A stretch of DNA of 63,746 bases, the filler included. It is 9 parts of 9 records of this genome, joined end to end, with 100 filler letters (N's around TTAATTAATTAA, not from the genome) between each part and the next. Parts side by side here need not be neighbours in the genome. Positions count along the whole stretch, not along the records: positions 26,759 to 33,856 come from SRR31156797_15587; positions 33,957 to 39,335 come from SRR31156797_15607; positions 39,436 to 45,222 come from SRR31156797_15614; 6 more parts are not named here. The stretch is one strand, 5' to 3'. The notes beneath the pieces were generated by a model. The model was not told the origin of the DNA, made no database searches, and saw nothing but the letters and a program-made list of their open reading frames with translations. This document shows, piece after piece, positions 30,672 through 40,438 of the stretch; position 1 is the first letter of the stretch, and the number at the start of each line of letters is the position of its first letter. The position numbers were made by a program, and so were the translations under genes.

Positions 30672-32813
30672 CTACTGTACTCTCTTACTTTCTCTTCTAT
30701 CTCTTGTGATTAGTTTTATATAAAAACAACACCCATCATCTTCATTTTTAGCCCAAATATCACCATCAAGTTTTTTTACAATAAGTTTTGCAATGTGCAA
30801 TGGTAATCCCCTTGAAGATAGATTCTCTTTAGTACTAAAACCTGTTTCAAATATTTTGCTTATAAACTCTTGAGGAATTCCTCCTGCGTTGTCTTTACAC
30901 TTAATAAGGATATTTTCATTTGTTCTATTTACAGAAATAGTTATTTTACCTGATGTAATTCTTTTCTTTCTAAACTCTTCAAAGGAGTTATAAACTATTC
31001 CTAAAATGATTTTTCTTAAATCATATGAAACACCAAAAGTCTCTAAATTTTCATCCCCTGATAACTCTATTTTAATATCTTTTTGAGGAACAGAAGCAAT
31101 TGCTGTTTTAATTGCATTAAAAACGCTATATTTATCTTCATTTGAGTTTTGAGAGAAAAGAGTTTTAAACTCATTTAAATGCATTGATAAAATCTTTAAC
31201 TCTATGCTTAATTCTTTAGATAAGTTTGTTAAATAGTTTTTATCATAAGTATTTTTATTTACACTATTTTCAAAGGCAAGTATTTTTGAAGATAGGTTTG
31301 AAATTGGTTTTTTCCATTCATTTGAAAAGGCATCTAAAATTTGTCCCATTAGAACAATTTTAGATTGATCAATTTTCATTTTATCTCTTGTTTTTATCTC
31401 ATTTAGTTTTAAAAATAGGTCTCTTTTTAATAAAGAGTTCACTTTTAGAAGTTGTTTTTCATCACTAATATTAACCCTAATAGACCTATATCCTATTTTT
31501 TTATTATTGATATCAAAGATAGGTAAAATATTTCCTCTAACCCAATAAGAGTTTCCATTTTTATCAATATTTTTTATTTCACCTTCCCAAACTTCATTTG
31601 TAGAGAGTTTTTCCCACATATTTTCATAAAACTTTTTAGAAATATCAGGATGTCTTACTACATTTATTGGTTTACCAATTAGTTCATCTTTTTTATATCC
31701 ACTAACATTGCAAAAGGCTTGAGAAACATAAGTGATTTTTCCCTTTAGGTTTGTTTCTGCAACAATTACATATTTATCAATACTTTTACTAATATTATTT
31801 AGTTTAGATTTAGTTATTTTGTATTTATAGTAATACAAATTTATTAAAAAAAGTAAAAGAACTATAATAAAAGAGATTAAAACACTTGCATAGATATAAA
31901 TATTATATCTTTCAACTATTTGATTATACTCTTCACATTCAACTGTTAACATCATATAAGAGGAATTATTTATCTCATAAAAACTTGTAATAAAACACTT
32001 CTCTTTTATTCGATAATCTACTACAAAGTTTTGTTTATTTTTCATCTTAGTTTTTATTTCAGATAAAAGCTCTAATGGTAAGTTATTTGTTAAAAACCTA
32101 TTTTTATAAAATGATTGTACATACATAAAGTTTGGATTTATATGGTGGGCTAGATAGTTTTTAAAATAGCTTTGATTCACATTACTTTTTAAAGAAGAAC
32201 GCTCTATCATAAACTCAACATTTAAACCTTTTTCTATAAAGCTATTATGAGATAGTCTTGGAAGATCCATTACGATTTCAAATACAGCTACAGCTTTTAG
32301 GTCTTTATTAAAAACAGGTTTTAAGTAGTTTAGTGAAGCACTTGTGTCATTTATAGCAAAGATAACTTTAGGGTTAAATTTCTTCGCTACTTTAGTAATA
32401 AGAGTTTTATGTTCTTCATTTAAACTCTCGTCATAGGAATTAAAAGAGCTTTTATAAATAGGCTTTCCTAAAGTTGAATAAAAGTTTATCTCTTTTATGT
32501 TGTGTTTTCTAAAGAAGCTTAACTTCTCTTCGTAGATTTTTTCTATCTCTTTAAAGTTTTGCTCATCTTTCTTTGGCTTTTCTAAGATAGCTAATAGTTT
32601 TTCATTTTTTAGCACATAGTTAAAGAAAAAAAGTTCTGATATTTCCAAAGTCTCTTTTTTATATAGAGATAAGATTTTACTATTTTTCTCTTTAACTTCA
32701 TTTTTTTGAAGTTCTATCTCTTCATTTTTATTAAATAAAAGAGCAAGGATTAAAACTGTTGACAAAAAAAGAAAAAGTAAACTATACCTAAATACTAATC
32801 TATTGCTCTTCAT
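30672..32813 (-). CDS. Membrane PAS/HATPase histidine-kinase-like protein lacking the phosphoacceptor His
   Basis: PAS (VSQAFC..SGY..ELIG..RHPD), DNAGGIP; H-box position reads AFSNEWKKP. Confidence 0.8.
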   Translation of the reverse strand: MKSNRLVFRYSLLFLFLSTVLILALLFNKNEEIELQKNEVKEKNSKILSLYKKETLEISELFFFNYVLKNEKLLAILEKPKKDEQNFKEIEKIYEEKLSFFRKHNIKEINFYSTLGKPIYKSSFNSYDESLNEEHKTLITKVAKKFNPKVIFAINDTSASLNYLKPVFNKDLKAVAVFEIVMDLPRLSHNSFIEKGLNVEFMIERSSLKSNVNQSYFKNYLAHHINPNFMYVQSFYKNRFLTNNLPLELLSEIKTKMKNKQNFVVDYRIKEKCFITSFYEINNSSYMMLTVECEEYNQIVERYNIYIYASVLISFIIVLLLFLINLYYYKYKITKSKLNNISKSIDKYVIVAETNLKGKITYVSQAFCNVSGYKKDELIGKPINVVRHPDISKKFYENMWEKLSTNEVWEGEIKNIDKNGNSYWVRGNILPIFDINNKKIGYRSIRVNISDEKQLLKVNSLLKRDLFLKLNEIKTRDKMKIDQSKIVLMGQILDAFSNEWKKPISNLSSKILAFENSVNKNTYDKNYLTNLSKELSIELKILSMHLNEFKTLFSQNSNEDKYSVFNAIKTAIASVPQKDIKIELSGDENLETFGVSYDLRKIILGIVYNSFEEFRKKRITSGKITISVNRTNENILIKCKDNAGGIPQEFISKIFETGFSTKENLSSRGLPLHIAKLIVKKLDGDIWAKNEDDGCCFYIKLITRDRRESKRVQ

Positions 32814-32818
32814 TTAAC

Positions 32819-33196
32819 TCATTTCTCTAAAAGTGTTTTTATCTTTTCGTTTAAAGCTTCTAAAGAAGGAAATGGCTTCATAATATAATTCTCAGCTCCT
32901 TGTTTATGAGACTTTAAAACTTTATCTAAAGTAGAATATGCTGTCATCATGCATACCTTTTGTGCTGGTATCTCAGCTTTTATTTTTTCTAAAAACTCTA
33001 AACCATCCATTGCAGGCATCATAATATCTAATAATATTAAATCATACTTTGTTTTAATACAAGAGTCAAGGGCAATTTTAGGATTTGAAAAAGTAGTTAC
33101 TCTATATTTCTTTGTTCTTTTTAGATACTTATCAATTATCTGTAAAATCTCCACTTCATCATCAACTACTGCGATTTCATAAATTTTTTCTTCCAT
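32819..33196 (-). CDS. Single-domain response regulator (receiver)
   Basis: VVDDE, LLDIMMPAMDG, MTAY, YIMKPF. Confidence 0.92.
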   Translation of the reverse strand: MEEKIYEIAVVDDEVEILQIIDKYLKRTKKYRVTTFSNPKIALDSCIKTKYDLILLDIMMPAMDGLEFLEKIKAEIPAQKVCMMTAYSTLDKVLKSHKQGAENYIMKPFPSLEALNEKIKTLLEK

Positions 33197-33207
33197 TTTA
33201 CTTCCTA

Positions 33208-33856
33208 CTAATTAAATAGTTTTGTAGCTGCATCTTTCATCACAGCTGTATTTTTTTCTTCTAGGATTTTGTCTAAGTAAATAAATACATCTTCACTAGC
33301 ATCCTCAACTAAAGCAATTTTTTGTTCAATTAACTGTTTAGAACAAGAGATTTCATTTCCAGAACACTCACTTGCTAACTCATTTGCTTCTTTATGAACA
33401 ATTGAATGACAATGTTCTAAGTGTCTATAAGAAGGTACAAAACTAAACTCTTCTTTACCTAAGCCAGAGTCGTACCATTTTCCTAATCTACAGTTATGGT
33501 GGTCAACTGCTTTAAAGTTGTGCTCTGCACCGAAGATTAATTGATATAGATTATTTTTGTAAATTACGTGGTCTAATTTTGCAAGATTGATAAAGATTTT
33601 ATTTGAAACACTCTCTACTTCATAAACAGACCTACTAGAGTTTCTTTGGAAACCATTCATTAGTTCACTTAAGATTTCTACCCTACTTTTTGTTTCCCCA
33701 ACTACTTGAGAAACCACATCTGAACTATTTTTAATCTTATGAGTTTCTTGTTGAATAGAATCAACTACATTTTTAATTTGTGAAGCTGCCTCGGCAGACC
33801 TATTTGCTAAGTTTCTTACTTCTTGTGCAACTACAGCAAAACCTTTTCCTGCTTCA
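33208..33856 (-). CDS. Methyl-accepting chemotaxis protein with C-terminal CZB zinc-binding domain (5' truncated)
   Basis: EAGKGFAVVAQEVRNLA read upstream of the listed ORF; CZB motifs KLDHVIYK, HHNCRLGKWY, H..VH. Confidence 0.88.
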
Positions 33857-33956
33857 NNNNNNNNNNNNNNNNNNNNNNNNNNNNNNNNNNNNNNNNNNNN
33901 TTAATTAATTAANNNNNNNNNNNNNNNNNNNNNNNNNNNNNNNNNNNNNNNNNNNN

Positions 33957-33986
33957 GAGAGGATGTCCGATAGGACAGGTGAGGGT
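33957..33986. repeat. REP-like GC-rich element at the contig start
   Basis: GAGAGGATGTCCGATAGGACAGGTGAGGG with internal TGTCC-GATA-GGACA hairpin in an AT-rich contig. Confidence 0.5.
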
Positions 33987-34029
33987 TAGCTTTTATGGGT
34001 TGCAAAAATTATAGAAGGAGAAATATAAA

Positions 34030-34371
34030 ATGTTTAAATTAGAAGGATTTGAAAACTTACTTAATGGAATAGAAAAAATGGCGGAAAATGCGGAGCAACT
34101 AAGTGGCGAACAAACAACCGCACTTGATAAACTAATGGATGAAAAATTCATGAATAAATACACGGACTTCCCATCAATAGATGAGTTTTTTGAAAACTCA
34201 CATTTTACTGTTAAAACAAATGAAGATTTGGATTTAATTGATATGGATAAACTAGATATTTATGTAAATGAGAAAACAAAGTTCTCATCTTGGAAAGAGA
34301 TGAATGGTAAAGCTGTAGGGGAATATAGTATGAAAAATATAATGGACGGAACAGGATTTAGATTTGAGTAG
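34030..34371 (+). CDS. Small acidic hypothetical protein
   Basis: 113-aa ORF with a strong AAGGAG RBS, same strand as hsdR. Confidence 0.75.
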   Translation: MFKLEGFENLLNGIEKMAENAEQLSGEQTTALDKLMDEKFMNKYTDFPSIDEFFENSHFTVKTNEDLDLIDMDKLDIYVNEKTKFSSWKEMNGKAVGEYSMKNIMDGTGFRFE

Positions 34372-34433
34372 TAAAAAAGTTTAGATACTAAGTAATAATT
34401 AATACAGCATAAAGGGAATATCGGGAGGGAAAT

Positions 34434-37400
34434 ATGGCATCAAATTTAGATTTTATAAAAGATGAATTTAATGATATATATAATCTGGCTGTCATTGCAG
34501 AAAAAAACGTCCATACTGAACCGCGTACATCTGCTATATATTCTAGAATGACTCTAGAAGCTACGGTTAAATGGCTCTATGCAAATGACCCATATATGAA
34601 ACAACCATATAAAACCAAAGCAGGACTGGGAGCGTATCTGTATAACTCTTATTTCAAAGATACATTTACTACTAAAGAGTTTAGACTTTGCGAGATTACT
34701 AAGCTAATAGGTGATAAAGCTGTACATACATCGAAGACAATTAGTGCTAAAGATGCATTTTCTGCTTTTAATAGCTTATTTAATTTTGTAAAATGCGTAA
34801 ATCACTATTATGGTGAAACATCTAGAAAAGATGCAGAGTTTGATGAAAATTTAATTCCAAAAGAGAGTCCTGAACAGATAAGTAAATCTCAAATTGAGAA
34901 AGAGAAAAAGGCTCTTGAGAATAAATATAATCAACTGCTTGAAGAATTAAAGTCTAAATCAACTGATGAAATAAACCAATTAAAAAATAAAGTTAGAATC
35001 CTTAAAGAGGAAAATAGTATAAACCCATTTGAAGCAAAACTTGATAAAAGCGAAGCTGAAACTAGGAAGTTATATATTGACTTACTGCTTGAGGAAGCAG
35101 GATGGGATTTATCAAAGCCAAATGTAAAAGAGTTTAAAATAAAAGGAATGCCTAACAAATCTAACGAAGGTTATGCTGATTATGTACTGTGGGATGACGG
35201 AGGAAAACCTCTTGCAGTTGTTGAAGCAAAGAAAACTATGCGTTCACCCGAAGAAGGACAGCAACAGGCAAAACTGTACGCTGACTGCCTTGAAAAAGAG
35301 TATAATGTCCGTCCAGTTATTTTCCTAACTAACGGATATGAAGTTTTTCTATGGGATGATAGTGAGTATCCTAAACGACAAGTTCACGGATTTTATACGG
35401 CAAAGGATTTAACGCGACTTATTCATCGTAGAATTATAAAGAAAAAGATAAACAAGTATACAATTGATGAAAGAATAACTAATAGATATTATCAAGAGCG
35501 TGCAGTAAAAAAAGTAGTGGAGAGATTCCATGACAAACATAGAAAATCACTACTTGTAATGGCTACTGGAAGTGGGAAAACACGTACAGCTATATCAATA
35601 GTTAAAGTACTTACGGAGCTTAATTGGGTGCAACGAATACTTTTCCTAGCTGATAGAACTCTGCTCGTTGGACAAGCAATGAGAAACTTTAACCTTCATT
35701 TACCTAATGTATCCATGGTTAACTTATTAGAAGAAAAAGAAACAGAGCAAAGTAGAATGGTATTCTCTACCTATATGACAATGATGAATAAGCTTGAAAA
35801 TGTAGAAGAGGGAAACAATAGAGAGTTTGGTATCGGTCATTTTGATTTGGTAATTATTGATGAGTCGCATCGTTCTATCTACAAGAAATATGGTGCTGTA
35901 TTTGAATACTTTGATTCAATGTTACTTGGACTAACAGCTACTCCTATTATAGGAGATGATAGAGACACATATAGAGTATTTGGAATGGAAGCAAACCAAC
36001 CGACTGATTACTATGATTTGGAGAAAGCAGTAGATGATAAATATCTAGTACCACCTAGATTATTAGATGTTGATTTGAAATTTCCTACTCAGGGGATTAA
36101 ATATGAGGATTTGACTGAGGCGGAAAAAGAAGAATATGAAGAGAAATTCTCTGATGAAGAAGGTTGGCTTCCCAAAGAGATAGCTCCAAATGCTGTTAAT
36201 AACTGGCTCTATAATACTGATACAGTGGATAAAATGTTTGAAATTTTATTCGACAAAGGTATAAAAGTTGAAAGTGGCGATAAACTTGGTAAAACTATAA
36301 TTTTTGCTAAAAATCACAATCATGCAAAATTTATAGAAGAGCGGTTCGACACTCTTTATCCTCACTTAAAAGGACATTTTGCTAGGGTGATTGATAATAA
36401 AACTGAATATGTTAAAAGTTTGGTTGAAGATTTTGAGAATCCTAAAAAATATCCACAAATAGCAATATCTGTTGATATGCTAGATACAGGAATAGATATT
36501 CCAGAAGTTGTAAACCTTGTGTTCATAAAAACAGTTCGTTCATATGCTAAATTCTGGCAAATGATAGGACGTGGAACAAGGCTTTGCGAAAACTTATTTG
36601 GTGTAGGAGACCATAAAACTCACTTTAATATATTTGATTTCTGTGGAAATTTCAAATTCTTTGATACTTTCCCAAAAGGAACAGTTTCAAGTGCTCAACA
36701 AAGCATGAGTCAGAAAATATTTAATAGACGTGTTGATATTTCTAAATTATTACAGTCATCAGAATATCAAGATAATGAAAATATTAAACTTAGAGAACAA
36801 ACTATAACAGTTCTAAGAAACGAAATCGAAACTCTAGATAGTTCAGGAATAATGGTACGAAAAGAGAAGAAATATGTTGACAAATATTCTCTTGAAGAAC
36901 TTTGGACAGATATTACTGATGTAAAAGTCAAAGAATTAAATGAACATATAAGCGGACTACCTTTTAAGTCAACTGAGGAAGATGAGTTTGCTCGTAGATT
37001 CGATTTGTTAATGCTTAATTTGGAATATTTTATACTGGAAAAATCAACAAAACAAGAAAGTTATATAAAAAAAGTTATTATAATAGCAAAGGAATTAAGT
37101 AAAAAAGCTAATATTCCAACTATTTCAACAAAACTTGATATTATCAACGAGGTTCAAAAACAGGAATTTTGGCAAGATGCATCTATTGGAACTATAGACC
37201 AAATAAGAATAGCACTGAGAGACCTTATTAAGTTTCTTGACAAAGAGGGAAACGCTCAAGGAATAGTTTACACTTCTTTTAGTGATAACATCGATGGTAT
37301 AGAAGAAAAAGATGTTATTCTTAAAAACCATGATATGGATGACTATAAAGATAGAGTTAGAAATTATATTAGAGAACACCTTGATAATTTAGCTGTTAAG

Positions 37401-37784
37401 AAAATTAAACATAAAATTAAACTTGATAGTAATGATCTTATTGAATTAGAGAAGTTGATTTTTAATGAGGATACCGGTTCAAGAGATGATTTTGTTACCA
37501 ACTTTGGAGAACAGCCTTTAACAGAATTCGTTAGACGATTAGTTGGGCTTGATAAAGAAGTTGTTACAAGACAATTTTCAAAATTTTCAAACGAAGGGAA
37601 TTTAAACCCTTTACAAATTGAATTCATAAATGAAATTATTGAAAATTTAACACAAAATGGAATTCTCGAAATTGAAAAATTAGGAGAACAGCCTTTTTCA
37701 GAAATTGGAGGAGGAATAATGGATGTCTTTGATGATGCCTCGTATAAAATCGTTAAAATCATTGAGGAATTGAATAAAATTTAA
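34434..37784 (+). CDS. hsdR: Type I restriction enzyme R subunit (EcoAI/EcoEI-like) with N-terminal DUF4145-like region
   Basis: Nuclease motifs ADYVL..VVEAKK and QAKLYA; helicase motifs MATGSGKT, DESHRS, LTATP, MLDTGID, QMIGRGTR. Confidence 0.92.
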   Translation: MASNLDFIKDEFNDIYNLAVIAEKNVHTEPRTSAIYSRMTLEATVKWLYANDPYMKQPYKTKAGLGAYLYNSYFKDTFTTKEFRLCEITKLIGDKAVHTSKTISAKDAFSAFNSLFNFVKCVNHYYGETSRKDAEFDENLIPKESPEQISKSQIEKEKKALENKYNQLLEELKSKSTDEINQLKNKVRILKEENSINPFEAKLDKSEAETRKLYIDLLLEEAGWDLSKPNVKEFKIKGMPNKSNEGYADYVLWDDGGKPLAVVEAKKTMRSPEEGQQQAKLYADCLEKEYNVRPVIFLTNGYEVFLWDDSEYPKRQVHGFYTAKDLTRLIHRRIIKKKINKYTIDERITNRYYQERAVKKVVERFHDKHRKSLLVMATGSGKTRTAISIVKVLTELNWVQRILFLADRTLLVGQAMRNFNLHLPNVSMVNLLEEKETEQSRMVFSTYMTMMNKLENVEEGNNREFGIGHFDLVIIDESHRSIYKKYGAVFEYFDSMLLGLTATPIIGDDRDTYRVFGMEANQPTDYYDLEKAVDDKYLVPPRLLDVDLKFPTQGIKYEDLTEAEKEEYEEKFSDEEGWLPKEIAPNAVNNWLYNTDTVDKMFEILFDKGIKVESGDKLGKTIIFAKNHNHAKFIEERFDTLYPHLKGHFARVIDNKTEYVKSLVEDFENPKKYPQIAISVDMLDTGIDIPEVVNLVFIKTVRSYAKFWQMIGRGTRLCENLFGVGDHKTHFNIFDFCGNFKFFDTFPKGTVSSAQQSMSQKIFNRRVDISKLLQSSEYQDNENIKLREQTITVLRNEIETLDSSGIMVRKEKKYVDKYSLEELWTDITDVKVKELNEHISGLPFKSTEEDEFARRFDLLMLNLEYFILEKSTKQESYIKKVIIIAKELSKKANIPTISTKLDIINEVQKQEFWQDASIGTIDQIRIALRDLIKFLDKEGNAQGIVYTSFSDNIDGIEEKDVILKNHDMDDYKDRVRNYIREHLDNLAVKKIKHKIKLDSNDLIELEKLIFNEDTGSRDDFVTNFGEQPLTEFVRRLVGLDKEVVTRQFSKFSNEGNLNPLQIEFINEIIENLTQNGILEIEKLGEQPFSEIGGGIMDVFDDASYKIVKIIEELNKI

Positions 37785-37897
37785 TAAAGCTCAATGGTAC
37801 CATTTTACAATAAGTTAAATATCTATAGTAATTGAAATCTCCAGACACTTCGTGGTATAATTAAATAAAATTATTCTAAAGAAAGGTTGGAAATAAC

Positions 37898-38212
37898 ATG
37901 ATTAATTTATGGAAAATAGAAGAAGCTAAAAGAAAACTAGTTGCTGAATTTAATCCGGAAAAAATATATGTATTCGGTTCTTATGCTTGGGGCTCTCCAA
38001 CTGAAGATAGCGATTTAGATTTAATGATAATTACAAAAGAATGTTCAAATAAAATTGTTGAAATGAAAAGATCTCATAAGACTTTAAGAGGAATAGGTTT
38101 TTCAAAAGACATTATTGTTGAAAGTGAAAATGAGTTTCTTGAAAATTCCAAGAATATAAATAAAATTGAAAATGATATAATAAAAAAAGGTTATTTACTT
38201 TATGACAAATAA
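37898..38212 (+). CDS. Minimal nucleotidyltransferase (MNT/MntA-like)
   Basis: FGSYAWG..EDSDLDL (GSx10DxD) motif. Confidence 0.88.
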   Translation: MINLWKIEEAKRKLVAEFNPEKIYVFGSYAWGSPTEDSDLDLMIITKECSNKIVEMKRSHKTLRGIGFSKDIIVESENEFLENSKNINKIENDIIKKGYLLYDK

Positions 38213-38248
38213 AAAGCTATGCTAACCAATTTGGTCAGCATAGCTTTT
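38212..38248. terminator. Bidirectional intrinsic terminator
   Basis: AAAAGCTATGCTAACCA-ATT-TGGTCAGCATAGCTTTT between convergent genes. Confidence 0.8.
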
Positions 38249-38756
38249 AAACCTTTATCCAATACCTAGCCGACTTATGAAGCACATCCTCTAACTTTCC
38301 ACCGTTAGCCTCAATAGTCTTCCTCGACGCAATATTATTCTCATTAGCTGTTAATAATATTCTCTTCATCTTCTTTTTCTTAGCTACTTTCAGCAGTTCA
38401 GCTAAGATAATCTTCGAATATCCATTCCCTCTGAACTCTCGCCCAATTGCATATCCTATATGCCCGCCTCTTTGCCGTAGCGCAGGTGATAACTCCGTTC
38501 TCAGCTTCCCTATCCCGACTATGACATCATCGATATACAGCCAATAGGTTGTCTGAGGCACCCTGTCCTTTGCCAGCCTGATACCTCGTGATTCCTCAAT
38601 TGCTCTTTCCAGAAAATTTTGAAACTCCGAGAAATCTATTCCAAAGCATGGATTACCAAATCCATTTTCATTTTTTACTAAAGTCATTAGGAAGTCATAT
38701 ACTTCCCGACCATCATTCATACTTAATTCTTTAAGTTCGATTTTCATGTTTGCCAA
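38247..38756 (-). CDS. GNAT family N-acetyltransferase
   Basis: GGHIGYAI..FRGNGY and NIASRKTIEANGG. Confidence 0.88.
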   Translation of the reverse strand: MANMKIELKELSMNDGREVYDFLMTLVKNENGFGNPCFGIDFSEFQNFLERAIEESRGIRLAKDRVPQTTYWLYIDDVIVGIGKLRTELSPALRQRGGHIGYAIGREFRGNGYSKIILAELLKVAKKKKMKRILLTANENNIASRKTIEANGGKLEDVLHKSARYWIKV

Positions 38757-38820
38757 CTACTTTCTTGCTAAGTTTGCATTAAATAATTAAAAATAATAAC
38801 GATGCAAACTTATTTTAATT

Positions 38821-38846
38821 TATAATGAACTGCAAAAATATTCGCA
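38821..38846 (+). repeat. Second copy of the 26-bp TATAATGAACTGCAAAAATA motif
   Basis: 25/26 identical to 26633-26658; preceded by the inverted repeat TAAGTTTGCAT (38769-38779) / ATGCAAACTTA (38802-38812). Confidence 0.7.
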
Positions 38847-38856
38847 CATCATTTTA

Positions 38857-39093
38857 CTACATATCCAAATCCTCTAAATCAATAGAGTTTAATATTTTCT
38901 TTAATTCAATTAATTCAGCTTTCGATAGTGTAAGACCTTTTCCCATCTTCTGATGAGTCTCATCCCAATCTCTGATATCAGCCTTTGGTTTCCTGTCATT
39001 CCAAGATACCAAATTAAGCTCTTTCGCCCACCCTTTTGCTCCAACTCCGATTACTCCTAAATTTTCAGTGATTTCAAATTTAATTCCTGCCAT
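38857..39093 (-). CDS. PC4/YdbC family ssDNA-binding protein
   Basis: GWAKELNLVSWNDRKPKADIRDW...KMGKGLTL. Confidence 0.9.
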   Translation of the reverse strand: MAGIKFEITENLGVIGVGAKGWAKELNLVSWNDRKPKADIRDWDETHQKMGKGLTLSKAELIELKKILNSIDLEDLDM

Positions 39094-39178
39094 TTTAGCC
39101 CCCTTTTGAAAAAATTATAATGTATATATCAAGCTTTTGCTTTTAAATATTTTAATTTTAATCTTTTGATTTCTCCCC

Positions 39179-39335
39179 GTGCATTTTGTAAGGAGTCATA
39201 AATTTTCAAGATGAAAAGCGCGTTAAGCAGTTTTGACTGTTTGAGCGTTAGCGAGTTTCAAAACTGTAGCAAATGAGTCGTAGAAAATTATGATGAATTA
39301 CAATCCAGCACTTGATTTTTTGTTTTACTTTTTTA
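39179..39335. repeat. Nested long stem-loop element (candidate dispersed repeat or structured RNA)
   Basis: Nested pairings GTGC/GCAC, TTGTAA/TTACAA, TCATAAATTTTC/GAAAATTATGA, CAGTTTTGA/TCAAAACTG, then a T-rich tail at the contig end. Confidence 0.55.
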
Positions 39336-39435
39336 NNNNNNNNNNNNNNNNNNNNNNNNNNNNNNNNNNNNNNNNNNNNTTAATTAATTAANNNNNNNNN
39401 NNNNNNNNNNNNNNNNNNNNNNNNNNNNNNNNNNN

Positions 39436-40438
39436 AAATTAAAATAAAAAGGGGAACGACCAGAGCAAGTTTGAGTTTTTTCCGGAATATGGAATATGCT
39501 ACTAGGCAACCTGGTACGGGTAAAACGAAAAAGTAGCTACTAATGTTTTCGCCAGGTATAAACATGAGTATGGTATTAATCCATTCACCTGCCAATATTG
39601 ATGTTGCAGATATAAAAAGTAGGTTCTTTTTGCCCTTTTGCCAACGCGACAGAAGAAATAAAAAAGGGATACCAAAGTTCAATATCAGGTTTAAATAAAA
39701 AACGAACGGATTACGAATGAGTTGAAAATGAAAGTACTCTAATTCTTTAGGAATATTACCATACCAAATTAGCATAAACTGGCTGTACCAAAAATACATC
39801 CAGATGCAACTAAATGTAAACAAAAATCTACCTGTATCAGTCAATTTACCTTTAAAAATTGGAAGTCCCTGGTTCTCATTTTTAAAAGTCCAGATAGCGT
39901 AAAATGCCAAAGCATTTAACACACCACAAACCAATAAAAACCAGGGAGTAAGGGTACTGTGAAAGTCAATATCAGCGATTTTGAAAAGATCTTTTGAGAA
40001 GAAAATTAAACCAATATTCAGACTTAAAATATAAAGAGCCGACCAGGTTTTTTGTTTTTCTTTAGATTTTAACATTAAGAATACCAGCACATTGCACATT
40101 AAAAGGAACAACAAACATTTTATAACAATGAAGTAATTCTCGGCAGGCAAGCATTTTTTTATTACGCATAAAAGAAAAATGCCGGAAAAAAGCGGCAATA
40201 GAAAAAAATTGCGTTTTGCAAAAACCTGAAAACCGAATTTCCATTTTGATGCAATAAGTATATGCACTGCCAAAAAGCAATACACACCAAACATGGTTAT
40301 TATAAAATATAAACCAAGGGCGAAGGAAATATGCTGAAATAACACGTTTTGTACATTTTCAATCAATGAAGCAAAAAATATTACGCTAATCCAAATGGCT
40401 AATTGTTGAAAAACAGTTAATTGGTTCATACAATTCAC
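39436..40438 (-). CDS. actF: Alternative complex III subunit ActF-like membrane protein (3' truncated)
   Basis: FHST, DTGRFLFTFSCIWMYFWYSQFMLIWYGNIPKE signature; act operon context. Confidence 0.8.
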
